The notes below the pieces were generated by a model. That model did not search any database. It was not told the origin of the DNA and saw nothing but the letters and a program-made list of their open reading frames with translations. Below, in pieces: positions 8,793-17,457 of a stretch of DNA of 32,172 nt. This DNA comes from Mycobacterium sp. (lineage in GTDB: Bacteria > Actinomycetota > Actinomycetes > Mycobacteriales > Mycobacteriaceae): positions 1 to 32,172 of the forward strand of contig JAGQTR010000333.1 of NCBI GenBank assembly GCA_020438915.1, in the 5' to 3' direction. Both the position numbers and the translations under genes were made by a program. Numbering within the stretch: the first letter of the stretch is position 1; every line of letters begins with the position of its first letter.

Positions 8793-10025
8793 GTGGCTGA
8801 GCCAGATCTTCCGGAGGGTTTCGACGTCACCGACCCCGACATCTATGCCGAGAGGGTGCCCTACGAGGAGTTCGCCGAACTCCGTCGGACAGCGCCGATC
8901 TGGTGGAATCCGCAGCCTCGGGACGTCGGCGGATTCGACGACGACGGATTCTGGGTGGTCAGCAAACTCAACGAGGTCAAGGAGGTGTCCAAACGCAGCG
9001 ACGTCTTCTCCAGCTACGAGAACACTGCGGTGCCCCGCTTCGCCGACGACATACCGCGGGAGAACATCGAGCTGCAGCGCGCCATCCTGATCAACAAGGA
9101 TGCTCCCGACCACACCAAGCTGCGCAAGCTGGTATCCCGGGGATTCACCCCACGCGCGATCAACGGTCTCAAAGAGAAGCTGAGCGAGCGCACCCAGAAG
9201 ATCGTGACAGCCGCGGCCGAGGCCGGGTCCGGTGACTTTGTCACCCAGCTGGCGGTCGAGTTGCCGTTGCAGGCGATCGCCGACCTGATCGGGGTGCCCC
9301 AGGACGACCGGATGAAGGTCTTCGACTGGTCGAATCAGATGATGTCCTACGACGATCCCGAATTCGACATGGACCCCGAGGCCGCCTCGGCCGAAATACT
9401 GGGCTACGCCTACCAGATGGCCGAGCAACGCCGGGCCGAGCCGGCCGACGACATTGTGACCACGCTCATCGAGGCCGATATCGACGGCGACGAACTCAGT
9501 TCCGAAGAGTTCGGCTTCTTCGTCATCTTGCTCGCGGTGGCGGGTAACGAAACTACCCGCAATGCCATCACCCATGGCATGAATGCCTTCCTGGCGCACC
9601 CCGACCAGTGGGAGTTGTTCAAGAAGGAGCGGCCGAAAACCGCCGCCGACGAGATCATCCGCTGGGCCACGCCGGTCACATCGTTTCAACGGACCGCACT
9701 CGAGGACACCGAGCTCGGCGGCGTTGCCATCAAGAAGGGACAGCGGGTCGTGATGTTGTACGGCTCGGCGAACTTCGACGAGGACGCCTTCGAGGAGCCA
9801 ACGAAGTTCGACATCATGCGAAGCCCCAATCCGCACGTCGCGTTCGGCGGTACCGGGGCCCATTATTGTCTCGGCGCGAACCTCGCGCGCCTGGAGATCG
9901 ACCTGATCTTCAATGCGATCGCCGACCACATGCCCGACATCCGCAAGGCAGGCGAACCTCGACGGCTGCGGTCCGGCTGGCTCAACGGCATCAAGGAGTT
10001 CCAAGTCGACTACCAAACCAGCTGA
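8793..10025 (+). CDS. cyp125: Cytochrome P450, CYP125 family (steroid C26-monooxygenase-like)
   Basis: LPEGFDVTDPDIYAER.P..EFAELR..APIWWN, AVAGNETTRN, EIIR, FGGTGAHYCLG heme motif; GTG 8793 after GAGGA RBS. Confidence 0.9.
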   Translation: MAEPDLPEGFDVTDPDIYAERVPYEEFAELRRTAPIWWNPQPRDVGGFDDDGFWVVSKLNEVKEVSKRSDVFSSYENTAVPRFADDIPRENIELQRAILINKDAPDHTKLRKLVSRGFTPRAINGLKEKLSERTQKIVTAAAEAGSGDFVTQLAVELPLQAIADLIGVPQDDRMKVFDWSNQMMSYDDPEFDMDPEAASAEILGYAYQMAEQRRAEPADDIVTTLIEADIDGDELSSEEFGFFVILLAVAGNETTRNAITHGMNAFLAHPDQWELFKKERPKTAADEIIRWATPVTSFQRTALEDTELGGVAIKKGQRVVMLYGSANFDEDAFEEPTKFDIMRSPNPHVAFGGTGAHYCLGANLARLEIDLIFNAIADHMPDIRKAGEPRRLRSGWLNGIKEFQVDYQTS

Positions 10026-10049
10026 CGTCAAACGCAAAGGACGCCGGAG

Positions 10050-11702
10050 ATGAGTGGATTGTTCTCGATACCCCGCGAGGTCGTTGGCAAGGTCACCGAC
10101 ACCGCCAAAGCGATCACGGTCCTCGGCAAGCGCGGCCTGTTCGATCCGCTGCGGCCCGACCACGGCATCGTCTCAGCGGTCAGCGCAATGAGGTACGGCC
10201 CCTTCGCCGGGCTGGTCATCTCCGGAGCTCACCGGTACGGCACGGCACCGGCCATCGTCGACGAACGGGGAACGCTGACGTTCCGCGAACTCGATGAGCA
10301 GTCCAATGCCTTCGCCCGCGGCCTGGCGCACCACGGCGTCAAAGCGGGGATGGTGCTGGCTGTGCTGGCGCGTGATCATCGCGGGCTTGTGCTGACGATG
10401 GCGGCGGCCGGCAAACTGGGAGCGCGGCTGGTGATGATGAACACCGGGTTCGCCAAACCTCAGTTCGCCGACGTGGCCGAACGCGAAGGCGTTCAGGTGG
10501 TCCTGCTGGACGGCGAGTTCATGGGTCTACTTGACGCTATTCCGCACGACGTCCCGCGGATCTTGACCTGGGTCGACGGATCCGACGATGTCGACCCCAC
10601 GACCCTGAGCCTGGATGGGCTCATTCAGGGTCAGTCGACAGCGAAGCTGCCACACCCGTCGCAACCGGGCGGCATGGTCCTGCTGACCAGTGGCACCACC
10701 GGAACACCCAAAGGTGCTCCCCGCGACAAGGTTTCGCCGTTGTCGTCGGCACAGTTCTTGGACCGGGTTCCGGTCCCCAAATGCGGCACCATCTTCAACG
10801 CGGCCCCGATCTTCCACGGCACCGGGTTGTCTCAATTCGCGATCGGGCTGGCGCTGGGAAACCGGATCGTGTTGCAGCGCCGGTTCAATCCGGAAGCCAC
10901 GCTGCGCGGCGTCGCGGAGAACCACGCCGACATGCTCGTGGTGGTACCCACGATGTTGCAGCGGATGCTTGATCTGGACGCGGAGGTGCTCGCGAAATAC
11001 GACACCTCAGCGCTGAAGATCATTTTTGCCGCCGGATCATCGCTGTCACCTGACTTGTGTAAGCGCACCGCCGAGGTGTTCGGTGAGGTCCTCTACAACC
11101 TCTACGGATCCACCGAGGTTGCGGTCGCGGCCATCGCGACACCGGCCGAGCTGGCCGAAGCTCCGGGTACTGTCGGCAGGCCGCCGGTCGGGTGTCGGGT
11201 GGTGCTCTACGACGAGGACCGTAACCTCATCACCGAGCCGAACGTGACGGGTGCGATTTTCGTCTCGAGTGGGCTGAGCTTCACCGGATACACCGACGGC
11301 CGAAATAAGGAGATGGTGGACGGACTGCTTGCCAGCGGGGACGTCGGTCACTTCGATGACCGCGGCTTGCTGTTCATCGATGGCCGTGACGACGACATGA
11401 TCGTTTCGGGTGGGGAGAACGTGTTTCCGCTCGAAGTGGAGAATCTCCTCGCCGACCGTGAGGATGTCCGCGACGCCGCGGTGGTGGGGGTCGACGACCG
11501 GGACTTCGGCAAGCGGTTACGTGCGTGCATTGTCCCGGGTCCCTCGGCCGCCCGTGACCCCGAGGAGATCAAGGCTTACGTCAAGGAGAATCTCGCGCGT
11601 CACAAGGTACCGCGCGACGTGGTGTTCCTCGACGAGCTACCGCGGAATGCGACCGGTAAACTGTTGCGGCACAAACTTGTTGACATGGATCTGGACTCCT
11701 GA
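10050..11702 (+). CDS. Acyl-CoA synthetase (FadD2/FadD12-like)
   Basis: LTSGTTGTPKG, YGSTE, SGDVG, GRDDDMIVSGGENVFP, LPRNATGK. Confidence 0.9.
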   Translation: MSGLFSIPREVVGKVTDTAKAITVLGKRGLFDPLRPDHGIVSAVSAMRYGPFAGLVISGAHRYGTAPAIVDERGTLTFRELDEQSNAFARGLAHHGVKAGMVLAVLARDHRGLVLTMAAAGKLGARLVMMNTGFAKPQFADVAEREGVQVVLLDGEFMGLLDAIPHDVPRILTWVDGSDDVDPTTLSLDGLIQGQSTAKLPHPSQPGGMVLLTSGTTGTPKGAPRDKVSPLSSAQFLDRVPVPKCGTIFNAAPIFHGTGLSQFAIGLALGNRIVLQRRFNPEATLRGVAENHADMLVVVPTMLQRMLDLDAEVLAKYDTSALKIIFAAGSSLSPDLCKRTAEVFGEVLYNLYGSTEVAVAAIATPAELAEAPGTVGRPPVGCRVVLYDEDRNLITEPNVTGAIFVSSGLSFTGYTDGRNKEMVDGLLASGDVGHFDDRGLLFIDGRDDDMIVSGGENVFPLEVENLLADREDVRDAAVVGVDDRDFGKRLRACIVPGPSAARDPEEIKAYVKENLARHKVPRDVVFLDELPRNATGKLLRHKLVDMDLDS

Positions 11703-12691
11703 TGAAGGTTGCGGTCACGGGTGCGGCGGGTTTTCTCGGTACCAATTTGATCGATCGACTCGTCGAGCACGGTCATGAGGTGACAGCGATCGACCGGGTC
11801 CGGCCCGACCACGCCCGCGCCGATCGCGTCACTTGGGTCCTTGGCGATGTTCTGGATTCGGACTCGATGACCGGTGCCCTCGACGGCGCCGAAATCGTTT
11901 ATCACCTCGTCGCGATGATCACGCTCGCCCAGAGCGACGACCTGGCCTGGCGGGTCAATACGCAGGGCGTGCGAGTCGTCGCCGAGGCGGCCCGCACGGT
12001 CGGTGTGCGTCGCATGGTGCATTGCAGCTCGGTGCATTCGTTCGATCAATATTCGTGCCAGGGCCGCCTCGACGAATCGTCGGCGCGGTCGACCGATCCC
12101 ACGATTCCGGTCTACGACCGATCCAAGTGGGCCGGAGAGCAAGAGCTACACAACGTCATCGACGCCGGCCTGGACGCGGTGATCTGCAACCCCACCGGCG
12201 TCTACGGGCCGGTGGATTACGGTCCCTCCCGGCTCAACGGCATGCTGCTGGACGCGGTGCGCGGCCGGGTTCCCGCGGTGATCGAAGGTGGTTTCGACTT
12301 CGTCGACGTCCGCGACGTCGCGGCCGGCCTGATGGCCGCGGCCGAGCAGGGTCGCACCGGCGAGAACTACCTGCTGCCCGGTGAGATGATCACGATGCTC
12401 GAGGCCTTCCGCGCGGCGGCTCGGTTGGCTGGACGGCGGGGCCCACTGTTCGCGTTTCCGCTCGCCATGATCAAGCCGGTGCTCGTCGTCGCCGAGCCGA
12501 TCGCCGCCCGGTTTGGTTCGGACGTGGTGTCGAAGGCAGCTCTGGGTTCACTGCTCGCAGCGCCGGTAGTTGACGGCACCAAGGCCAGAACAGAATTGGG
12601 CTATAGCTCGCGCCCCACCGCCGACACCATCGGTGACCTCGTCTGCTTTTTCGTCGAGTCTGGTCAACTCACACGAAAGTCGCGATGGTGA
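11702..12691 (+). CDS. NAD-dependent epimerase/dehydratase (extended SDR; 3beta-HSD/dihydroflavonol reductase-like)
   Basis: VTGAAGFLG, HCSS, YDRSK (YxxxK); TGATG coupling with fadD. Confidence 0.85.
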   Translation: MKVAVTGAAGFLGTNLIDRLVEHGHEVTAIDRVRPDHARADRVTWVLGDVLDSDSMTGALDGAEIVYHLVAMITLAQSDDLAWRVNTQGVRVVAEAARTVGVRRMVHCSSVHSFDQYSCQGRLDESSARSTDPTIPVYDRSKWAGEQELHNVIDAGLDAVICNPTGVYGPVDYGPSRLNGMLLDAVRGRVPAVIEGGFDFVDVRDVAAGLMAAAEQGRTGENYLLPGEMITMLEAFRAAARLAGRRGPLFAFPLAMIKPVLVVAEPIAARFGSDVVSKAALGSLLAAPVVDGTKARTELGYSSRPTADTIGDLVCFFVESGQLTRKSRW

Positions 12692-12839
12692 GCCCCGATT
12701 CCACCTGCACGCTCGCCACGCCGCGAACCCGTAAGCTCGGCGTCAAGCGCGTACTTCTGGACTGCGTGAAACCCAAGATCGCGCGAGCTGACGAACAGCG
12801 GACCGGCGGAGTCCAGCCCGAGCACTGATTGGATATTTG

Positions 12840-14234
12840 ATGAAGCGGCTTTCTGGTGTGGACGCGGCGTTCTGGTACGCCGAGACGGCGGGCTGGCACA
12901 TGCACGTCGGGGCGGTGGCGATCTGCGATCCCACCGATGCACCGCAGTACAGCTTCGACAAGGTGCGCGAACTCATCGTCGAGCGGCTGCCGCAGATGCC
13001 ACAGCTGCGGTGGCGGGTGGTCGGTTTTCCGCTGGGCCTGGACCGACCGTGGTTCGTCGAGGACGAGGATTTGGACGCCGACTTCCATATCCGCCGCATC
13101 GCTGTTCCCGCGCCCGGCGGCCGGAAGGAAGTCGAAGAACTCGTCGGCCGGTTGATGTCCTACAAGCTCGATCGCTCGCGTCCACTGTGGGAGTTGTGGG
13201 TGATCGAGGGCGTCGAGGGCGGTCGGGTCGCGACGCTGACCAAGATGCACCACGCGATCATCGACGGTGTGTCGGGCGCGGGTCTCGGCGAGATCCTGCT
13301 CGACATCACTCCGGAGCCACGGCCGCCGTCGGAGGACACGGTGGGGTCGCTGGTCGGCCTGCGGAACCCCGGAATCGAGCGAGTTGCGTTGGGCGCGTTG
13401 GTCAATCTCGGGATCAAGACGCCCTATCGCGTCGCCAGGCTGCTGGAGCAGACAGTGCGTCAGCAGCTGGCCACGTTTGGTTTCCACGACAAACCACCCC
13501 GCTATTTCGAGGCGCCGCACACCCGATTCAATGCCCAAGTCTCGCCCCACCGCCGGGTGTCCGGCGGGCGGGTCGAAGTGGCGCGGGTCAAGGCGGTCAA
13601 GGACGCGTTCGGGGTGAAGGTCAACGACGTCGTGCTCGCGCTGGTGGCCGGGGCCGCCCGCGAATACCTGCTCAAACGAGGAGAGCTGCCCAAAGAACCG
13701 CTCATCGTGCAGATCCCGGTGTCGACCCGCACCGAGGAGAGCAGTGCTGAGGTCGGCAATCAGCTCAGCACGATGACCGTGTCGCTTGCCACCGATATCG
13801 AAGATCCCGGGGACCGGATCAAGGCCATCTACGAAGGCACTCAGAACGCCAAGGAGATGGCCAAGGCGTTGTCGGCGCACCAGATCATGGGCCTCACCGA
13901 GACCACGCCGCCGGGGCTGCTGCATCTGGCTGCGCGCGCCTATACCGCGACCGGGTTGTCGTCCAACCTTTCTCCGATCAACCTGGTGGTGTCCAACGTT
14001 CCGGGACCCCAGTTTCCGCTGTATATGGCGGGAGCCAAGCTGGAATCGTTGTGGCCGCTCGGACCGCCGGTGCTTGATGTGGCGCTCAACATCACCTGCT
14101 TCTCCTACATGGAGAACATGGATTTCGGCTTCGTCACCACCCCTGAGATAGCCGATGACATCGACGAGATGGCCGACGCCCTCGAGCCGGCCCTGGCCGA
14201 ACTCGAACGCGCCGGGGGCATCGGTTCGCACTGA
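12840..14234 (+). CDS. Wax ester synthase/diacylglycerol acyltransferase (WS/DGAT)
   Basis: [32 protein letters not shown] (HHxxxDG), [15 protein letters not shown]. Confidence 0.93.
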   Translation: MKRLSGVDAAFWYAETAGWHMHVGAVAICDPTDAPQYSFDKVRELIVERLPQMPQLRWRVVGFPLGLDRPWFVEDEDLDADFHIRRIAVPAPGGRKEVEELVGRLMSYKLDRSRPLWELWVIEGVEGGRVATLTKMHHAIIDGVSGAGLGEILLDITPEPRPPSEDTVGSLVGLRNPGIERVALGALVNLGIKTPYRVARLLEQTVRQQLATFGFHDKPPRYFEAPHTRFNAQVSPHRRVSGGRVEVARVKAVKDAFGVKVNDVVLALVAGAAREYLLKRGELPKEPLIVQIPVSTRTEESSAEVGNQLSTMTVSLATDIEDPGDRIKAIYEGTQNAKEMAKALSAHQIMGLTETTPPGLLHLAARAYTATGLSSNLSPINLVVSNVPGPQFPLYMAGAKLESLWPLGPPVLDVALNITCFSYMENMDFGFVTTPEIADDIDEMADALEPALAELERAGGIGSH

Positions 14235-14241
14235 AGCCGAT

Positions 14242-14293
14242 CACGGCGAACGCCCACCACCAGAGCGAGGGCGCCGCTGCGGTCGTTGCCGTG
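14242..14293 (+). terminator. Possible hairpin after WS/DGAT
   Basis: Arms CACGGC(G)AACG / CGTTGCCGTG; long loop, no U-tract. Confidence 0.25.
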
Positions 14294-14338
14294 CCAGTGG
14301 CGGCGGTCGGTCGGCTACCGGACGCAACGCAATTAGTC

Positions 14339-14440
14339 TTCGAATCGATTGAGCACGAAGCCATCACTGCCTGGGTCAGGGAGTGCGTCAAGGGCTTCAA
14401 TTTCACCGGGCAGATCGGGCTGGACTTCATCACCGAAGGC
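14339..14440 (+). pseudogene. ATP-grasp enzyme fragment
   Basis: Reads FESIEHEAITAWVRECVKGFNFTGQIGLDFITEG, resembling the ATP-grasp '..I..WV..FV....TGQ.SFDFI' segment; no convincing start, ends at the aconitase 3' end. Confidence 0.55.
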
Positions 14441-14450
14441 ATCCGAGAAG

Positions 14451-16397
14451 CTATATGTTGAGGGTCTCCAATAATCCACCGGCCAGGATATAAGCTGCCT
14501 GTCGGGGCGAAAGCCGATGTCGCACTTGTAATGTAGTCTCCTTAGTGGTGTTCTTCACAGTGATCGGCTCCGCATCTTCGAGGGCCTTGTGCAGGTCGGT
14601 CAGTGCCAGTGTGTCGTACTGATCAATGTCCTCGTAGTCGCTCGCGTCGATGAATTCCAGGGGGAGCACACCGAAGTTGGCGAGGTTCTGCCAGTGGATC
14701 CGGGCGAACGACTTCGCAATGACTACCCGAAGACCAAGGTGGCGCAGAGTAATCGCCGCGTGCTCTCGTGAGGAGCCTTGCCCGTAGTTTTCGCCACCTA
14801 CGATGATGTGGCCGGTCTCGGTGGCCCGCAGCGCGCGCTTCGGATAGGACTCGTCGATCTGGGTGAAGCTGAACTCGGCGAGCTTGGGGATATTAGACCG
14901 GTAGGGCAGGGCGCGGGCGCCTGCCGGAGAGATCTCGTCGGTGGATATGTTGTCGCCGACCATCAAAAGAACTGGGGCGGTCAGCTCGTCGGGCAGTGGT
15001 TCGGAGTCGGGCAGACCAGAGATGTTCGGTCCCTTGACCGGGGAAATCTTCTGCGCTTCCTCCGGTTTCGGTGGTGCGACGAGCATCGCAGTGTTCACGC
15101 TGCGATGCTCGGGCAGCGTAAGTGCCGGATAATCCAGGCCCGCTTTGTGCGCCCACTCGCGGGGATCGGTGATCACGCCGGTCAGTGCCGACGCCGCTGC
15201 GGTCTCTGGAGAGCACAGCCAGACCTTGTCCTCCTTGGTGCCCGATCGACCGGGGAAGTTTCGCGGCATTGTGCGTAGTGAGTTGTGTCCGGTTGCGGGG
15301 GCTTGGCCCATGCCGATGCATCCCATGCAGCCGGCCTGATGAATCCGGGCCCCGCTGATCACGAGCGCCACCGTCGCTCCGATGTTCGTCATGTCGGTGA
15401 GGATCTCGCGGGAGGTCGGATTGATATCGAAGCTGACATCCGGCGAGGTCTGCCGGCCTTCGACCATTGCGGCGGCGATGGCGAAGTCGCGAAGGCCGGG
15501 GTTCGCACTTGACCCGATCACCACCTGTGCGATCGGCTCGCCCGCGACCTCACGTACGGGCACCACATTGCCCGGTGATGATGGTTTGGCGATCAGCGGT
15601 TCGATGTCTGTGAGGTCGATGGTTTCGTCGATGTCATAACGTGCGCCGTCGTCGGCCACAATCTCAGTCCAGTCGCTCTCGCGGCCGACCGCGCGCAGGA
15701 ACTCCTGCACTGCGTTGTCGCTGGGAAACACCGATGTAGTGGCGCCGAGTTCCGCACCCATGTTGGCGATGACGTGCCGATCCATAGCGGAGAGGCTGGG
15801 CAGACCCGGTCCGTAATACTCGATGATCCGGTTCACACCGCCCTTGACGTCGTGGCGACGCAGCATCTCCAGAATCACGTCCTTCGCCGAACACCATTCC
15901 GGCAGAGCGCCTTCAAGGCGTACACCCCATATCTCAGGCATCCTCAGATGAAGTGGACGACCCGCTATGGCCACCGCCACTTCCAGGCCGCCGACACCGA
16001 TTGCCAGCATGCCCAGCGATCCTGCCGCCGGGGTGTGCGAATCCGATCCGACCATCGTCTTGCCAGGAATGCCGAAGCGTTGCATGTGCGTCGGATGTGA
16101 GACGCCGTTGCCCGGCTTGGAAAACCACAATCCGAAGCGCTGCGCTGCGGTGCGCAGGTACTCGTGGTCCTCAGCGTTCTTTTCGTCGGTCTGTAGCAGG
16201 TTGTGGTCGACGTACTGGACACTTACCTCTGTGCGGGCGGTGTCCAGACCGAGCGCCTCCAACTCCTGCATCACCAATGTGCCGGTCGCATCTTGGGTCA
16301 ACGTCTGGTCGATGCGAATGGCGATCTCATCGCCGGCTGTCAGGTTCCCAGACTCAAGATGTGATTCAAGCAATTTGTGGGTGACGGTTGCCGGCAT
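14451..16397 (-). CDS. Aconitate hydratase family protein (short, about 648 aa type)
   Basis: DQTLTQDATG, YVDHN, GSDSHT, NMGAELGA, GCMGCIG, PRNFPGR, GQGSSREHAA; ATG 16397 follows AGGAGG. Confidence 0.9.
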   Translation of the reverse strand: MPATVTHKLLESHLESGNLTAGDEIAIRIDQTLTQDATGTLVMQELEALGLDTARTEVSVQYVDHNLLQTDEKNAEDHEYLRTAAQRFGLWFSKPGNGVSHPTHMQRFGIPGKTMVGSDSHTPAAGSLGMLAIGVGGLEVAVAIAGRPLHLRMPEIWGVRLEGALPEWCSAKDVILEMLRRHDVKGGVNRIIEYYGPGLPSLSAMDRHVIANMGAELGATTSVFPSDNAVQEFLRAVGRESDWTEIVADDGARYDIDETIDLTDIEPLIAKPSSPGNVVPVREVAGEPIAQVVIGSSANPGLRDFAIAAAMVEGRQTSPDVSFDINPTSREILTDMTNIGATVALVISGARIHQAGCMGCIGMGQAPATGHNSLRTMPRNFPGRSGTKEDKVWLCSPETAAASALTGVITDPREWAHKAGLDYPALTLPEHRSVNTAMLVAPPKPEEAQKISPVKGPNISGLPDSEPLPDELTAPVLLMVGDNISTDEISPAGARALPYRSNIPKLAEFSFTQIDESYPKRALRATETGHIIVGGENYGQGSSREHAAITLRHLGLRVVIAKSFARIHWQNLANFGVLPLEFIDASDYEDIDQYDTLALTDLHKALEDAEPITVKNTTKETTLQVRHRLSPRQAAYILAGGLLETLNI

Positions 16398-16432
16398 ATC
16401 CCAACCTCCTGAGGTGACGGTGACGGTGTGAA

Positions 16433-16460
16433 CTACCCCGAAATGGCCCTGATGAGTTCC
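16433..16460 (-). promoter_or_regulatory. Possible SigF-type promoter for aconitase
   Basis: GGAAC-N17-GGGTAG; shares GGGTAGTTC with the HAD gene promoter; -35 deviates from consensus. Confidence 0.35.
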
Positions 16461-16482
16461 GGCAAGGACACGAAACCGGCCA
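16444..16482 (+). ncRNA. Hammerhead-ribozyme-core-like motif (incomplete)
   Basis: UGGCC-CUGAUGA-G-UUCC-GGCAA-GGAC-A-C-GAAAC-C-GGCCA: both core boxes and a stem II, but no NUH cleavage triplet in register. Confidence 0.3.
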
Positions 16483-16647
16483 CGGCGACGTGTGTGAGAT
16501 CGTCCATGGCAGCACGCTTTCGGGTCAAGGGTGCAGCGGAGCCTCGTCCGTCCGGCGGGACGATGAAAGCTCTCTAGCCCGTATTCCAGGGTACTCGCCT
16601 CGCATCGCCGATGCGCGTGGACATTTTCACCACTGTGGGGCCCATCG

Positions 16648-17400
16648 TCATTCTCCCGCAGCGCGGGTCTTCGCCAGCGGACTGCAAAGCTCTGCGAATC
16701 GAGTGGACTTGCTAACTGCAAGTTCTGCGATTCGGGTGGACTCGATATCGGCAAGCAGCGCTTGCGGGTTCTCGAAAGTTGCCGAGGCACCGGCGCTTTC
16801 GAGTTCAGTTCTACTCACACCGCCGCTGAGTACACCGATACTGGGCACCCCGGCACGCGTACTGGCCTCGGCGTCCCAGACCGCGTCGCCGATGAACACC
16901 GCGCGATCGGCGGGCACCTGCGCCCGATCGAGGGCGACCTGAACGATGTCCGGTTGTGGTTTGGCGGTGTCCACGTCGCCGGCGGACGTGACCTCCGAAA
17001 TCACCTCGTCGCAGTCGAGAACCCTGCGCAGGATCGCCAGCTCATCCTCGGGCGCCGATGTGGCCAGCACCACTTGCAGACCCAGCTCCGCCACCCGGTT
17101 CAGCAGGTCTCGGGCTCCCGGCAGCGGGTGCAGCAGCGAAGTGGTCTCCCGGTAGTAGTGGGTGTGCTGATCCTTCAGCCGCTGCTGGACGTCGTCATCG
17201 GCATCATCGGACAGGACGCGCACCAGGGTGGAACCGTCCATCCCGATGCACCGGTGGATGCGCCACGCTTCGACATTGAGGTTTTCGTCGTCGAAGGCGC
17301 GCTGCCAGGCGTAGACGTGCAGGTAGTTGGAGTCGACCAGGGTGCCGTCGACATCGAAAAGTACCGCAGGTGAGTGCGTTGCGGGCCATTGACCTTCCAT
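16648..17400 (-). CDS. HAD family hydrolase
   Basis: [11 protein letters not shown] (motif I), ATS, AKPQPD, IGDAVWD. Confidence 0.88.
   Translation of the reverse strand: MEGQWPATHSPAVLFDVDGTLVDSNYLHVYAWQRAFDDENLNVEAWRIHRCIGMDGSTLVRVLSDDADDDVQQRLKDQHTHYYRETTSLLHPLPGARDLLNRVAELGLQVVLATSAPEDELAILRRVLDCDEVISEVTSAGDVDTAKPQPDIVQVALDRAQVPADRAVFIGDAVWDAEASTRAGVPSIGVLSGGVSRTELESAGASATFENPQALLADIESTRIAELAVSKSTRFAELCSPLAKTRAAGE
16681..16742. repeat. Imperfect tandem duplication in the HAD 3' end
   Basis: ACTGCAAAGCTCTGCGAATCGAGTGGACT versus ACTGCAAGTTCTGCGATTCGGGTGGACT; protein STRIAEL/STRFAEL. Confidence 0.7.
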
Positions 17401-17410
17401 GTGCACCGAA

Positions 17411-17436
17411 CTACCCGCGGCCTCCGATGCGGAAAC
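17411..17436 (-). promoter_or_regulatory. SigF-type promoter for the HAD hydrolase
   Basis: GTTT-N16-GGGTAG matches the mycobacterial SigF consensus GTTT-N15-17-GGGTA, 10 nt before ATG. Confidence 0.7.
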
Positions 17437-17457
17437 AACAACAGGCACAATCAGCGG

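Noticed and set aside
8733-10163. 476-aa minus-strand ORF
   Set aside because: Antisense shadow of cyp125
12692-12836. Possible REP/MIRU-like element before WS/DGAT
   Set aside because: Only vague resemblance; no clean inverted repeat or second copy in the window
12669-14231. 520-aa minus-strand ORF
   Set aside because: Antisense shadow of WS/DGAT
14808-14817. GTGGCCGGTC as a cis substrate for the hammerhead-like motif
   Set aside because: Would form stem III only; the following bases cannot form stem I, and such matches are expected by chance in GC-rich DNA
16398-16790. 131-aa N-terminal extension of aconitase in the ORF track
   Set aside because: Overlaps the HAD gene; strong AGGAGG and homology both point to ATG 16397
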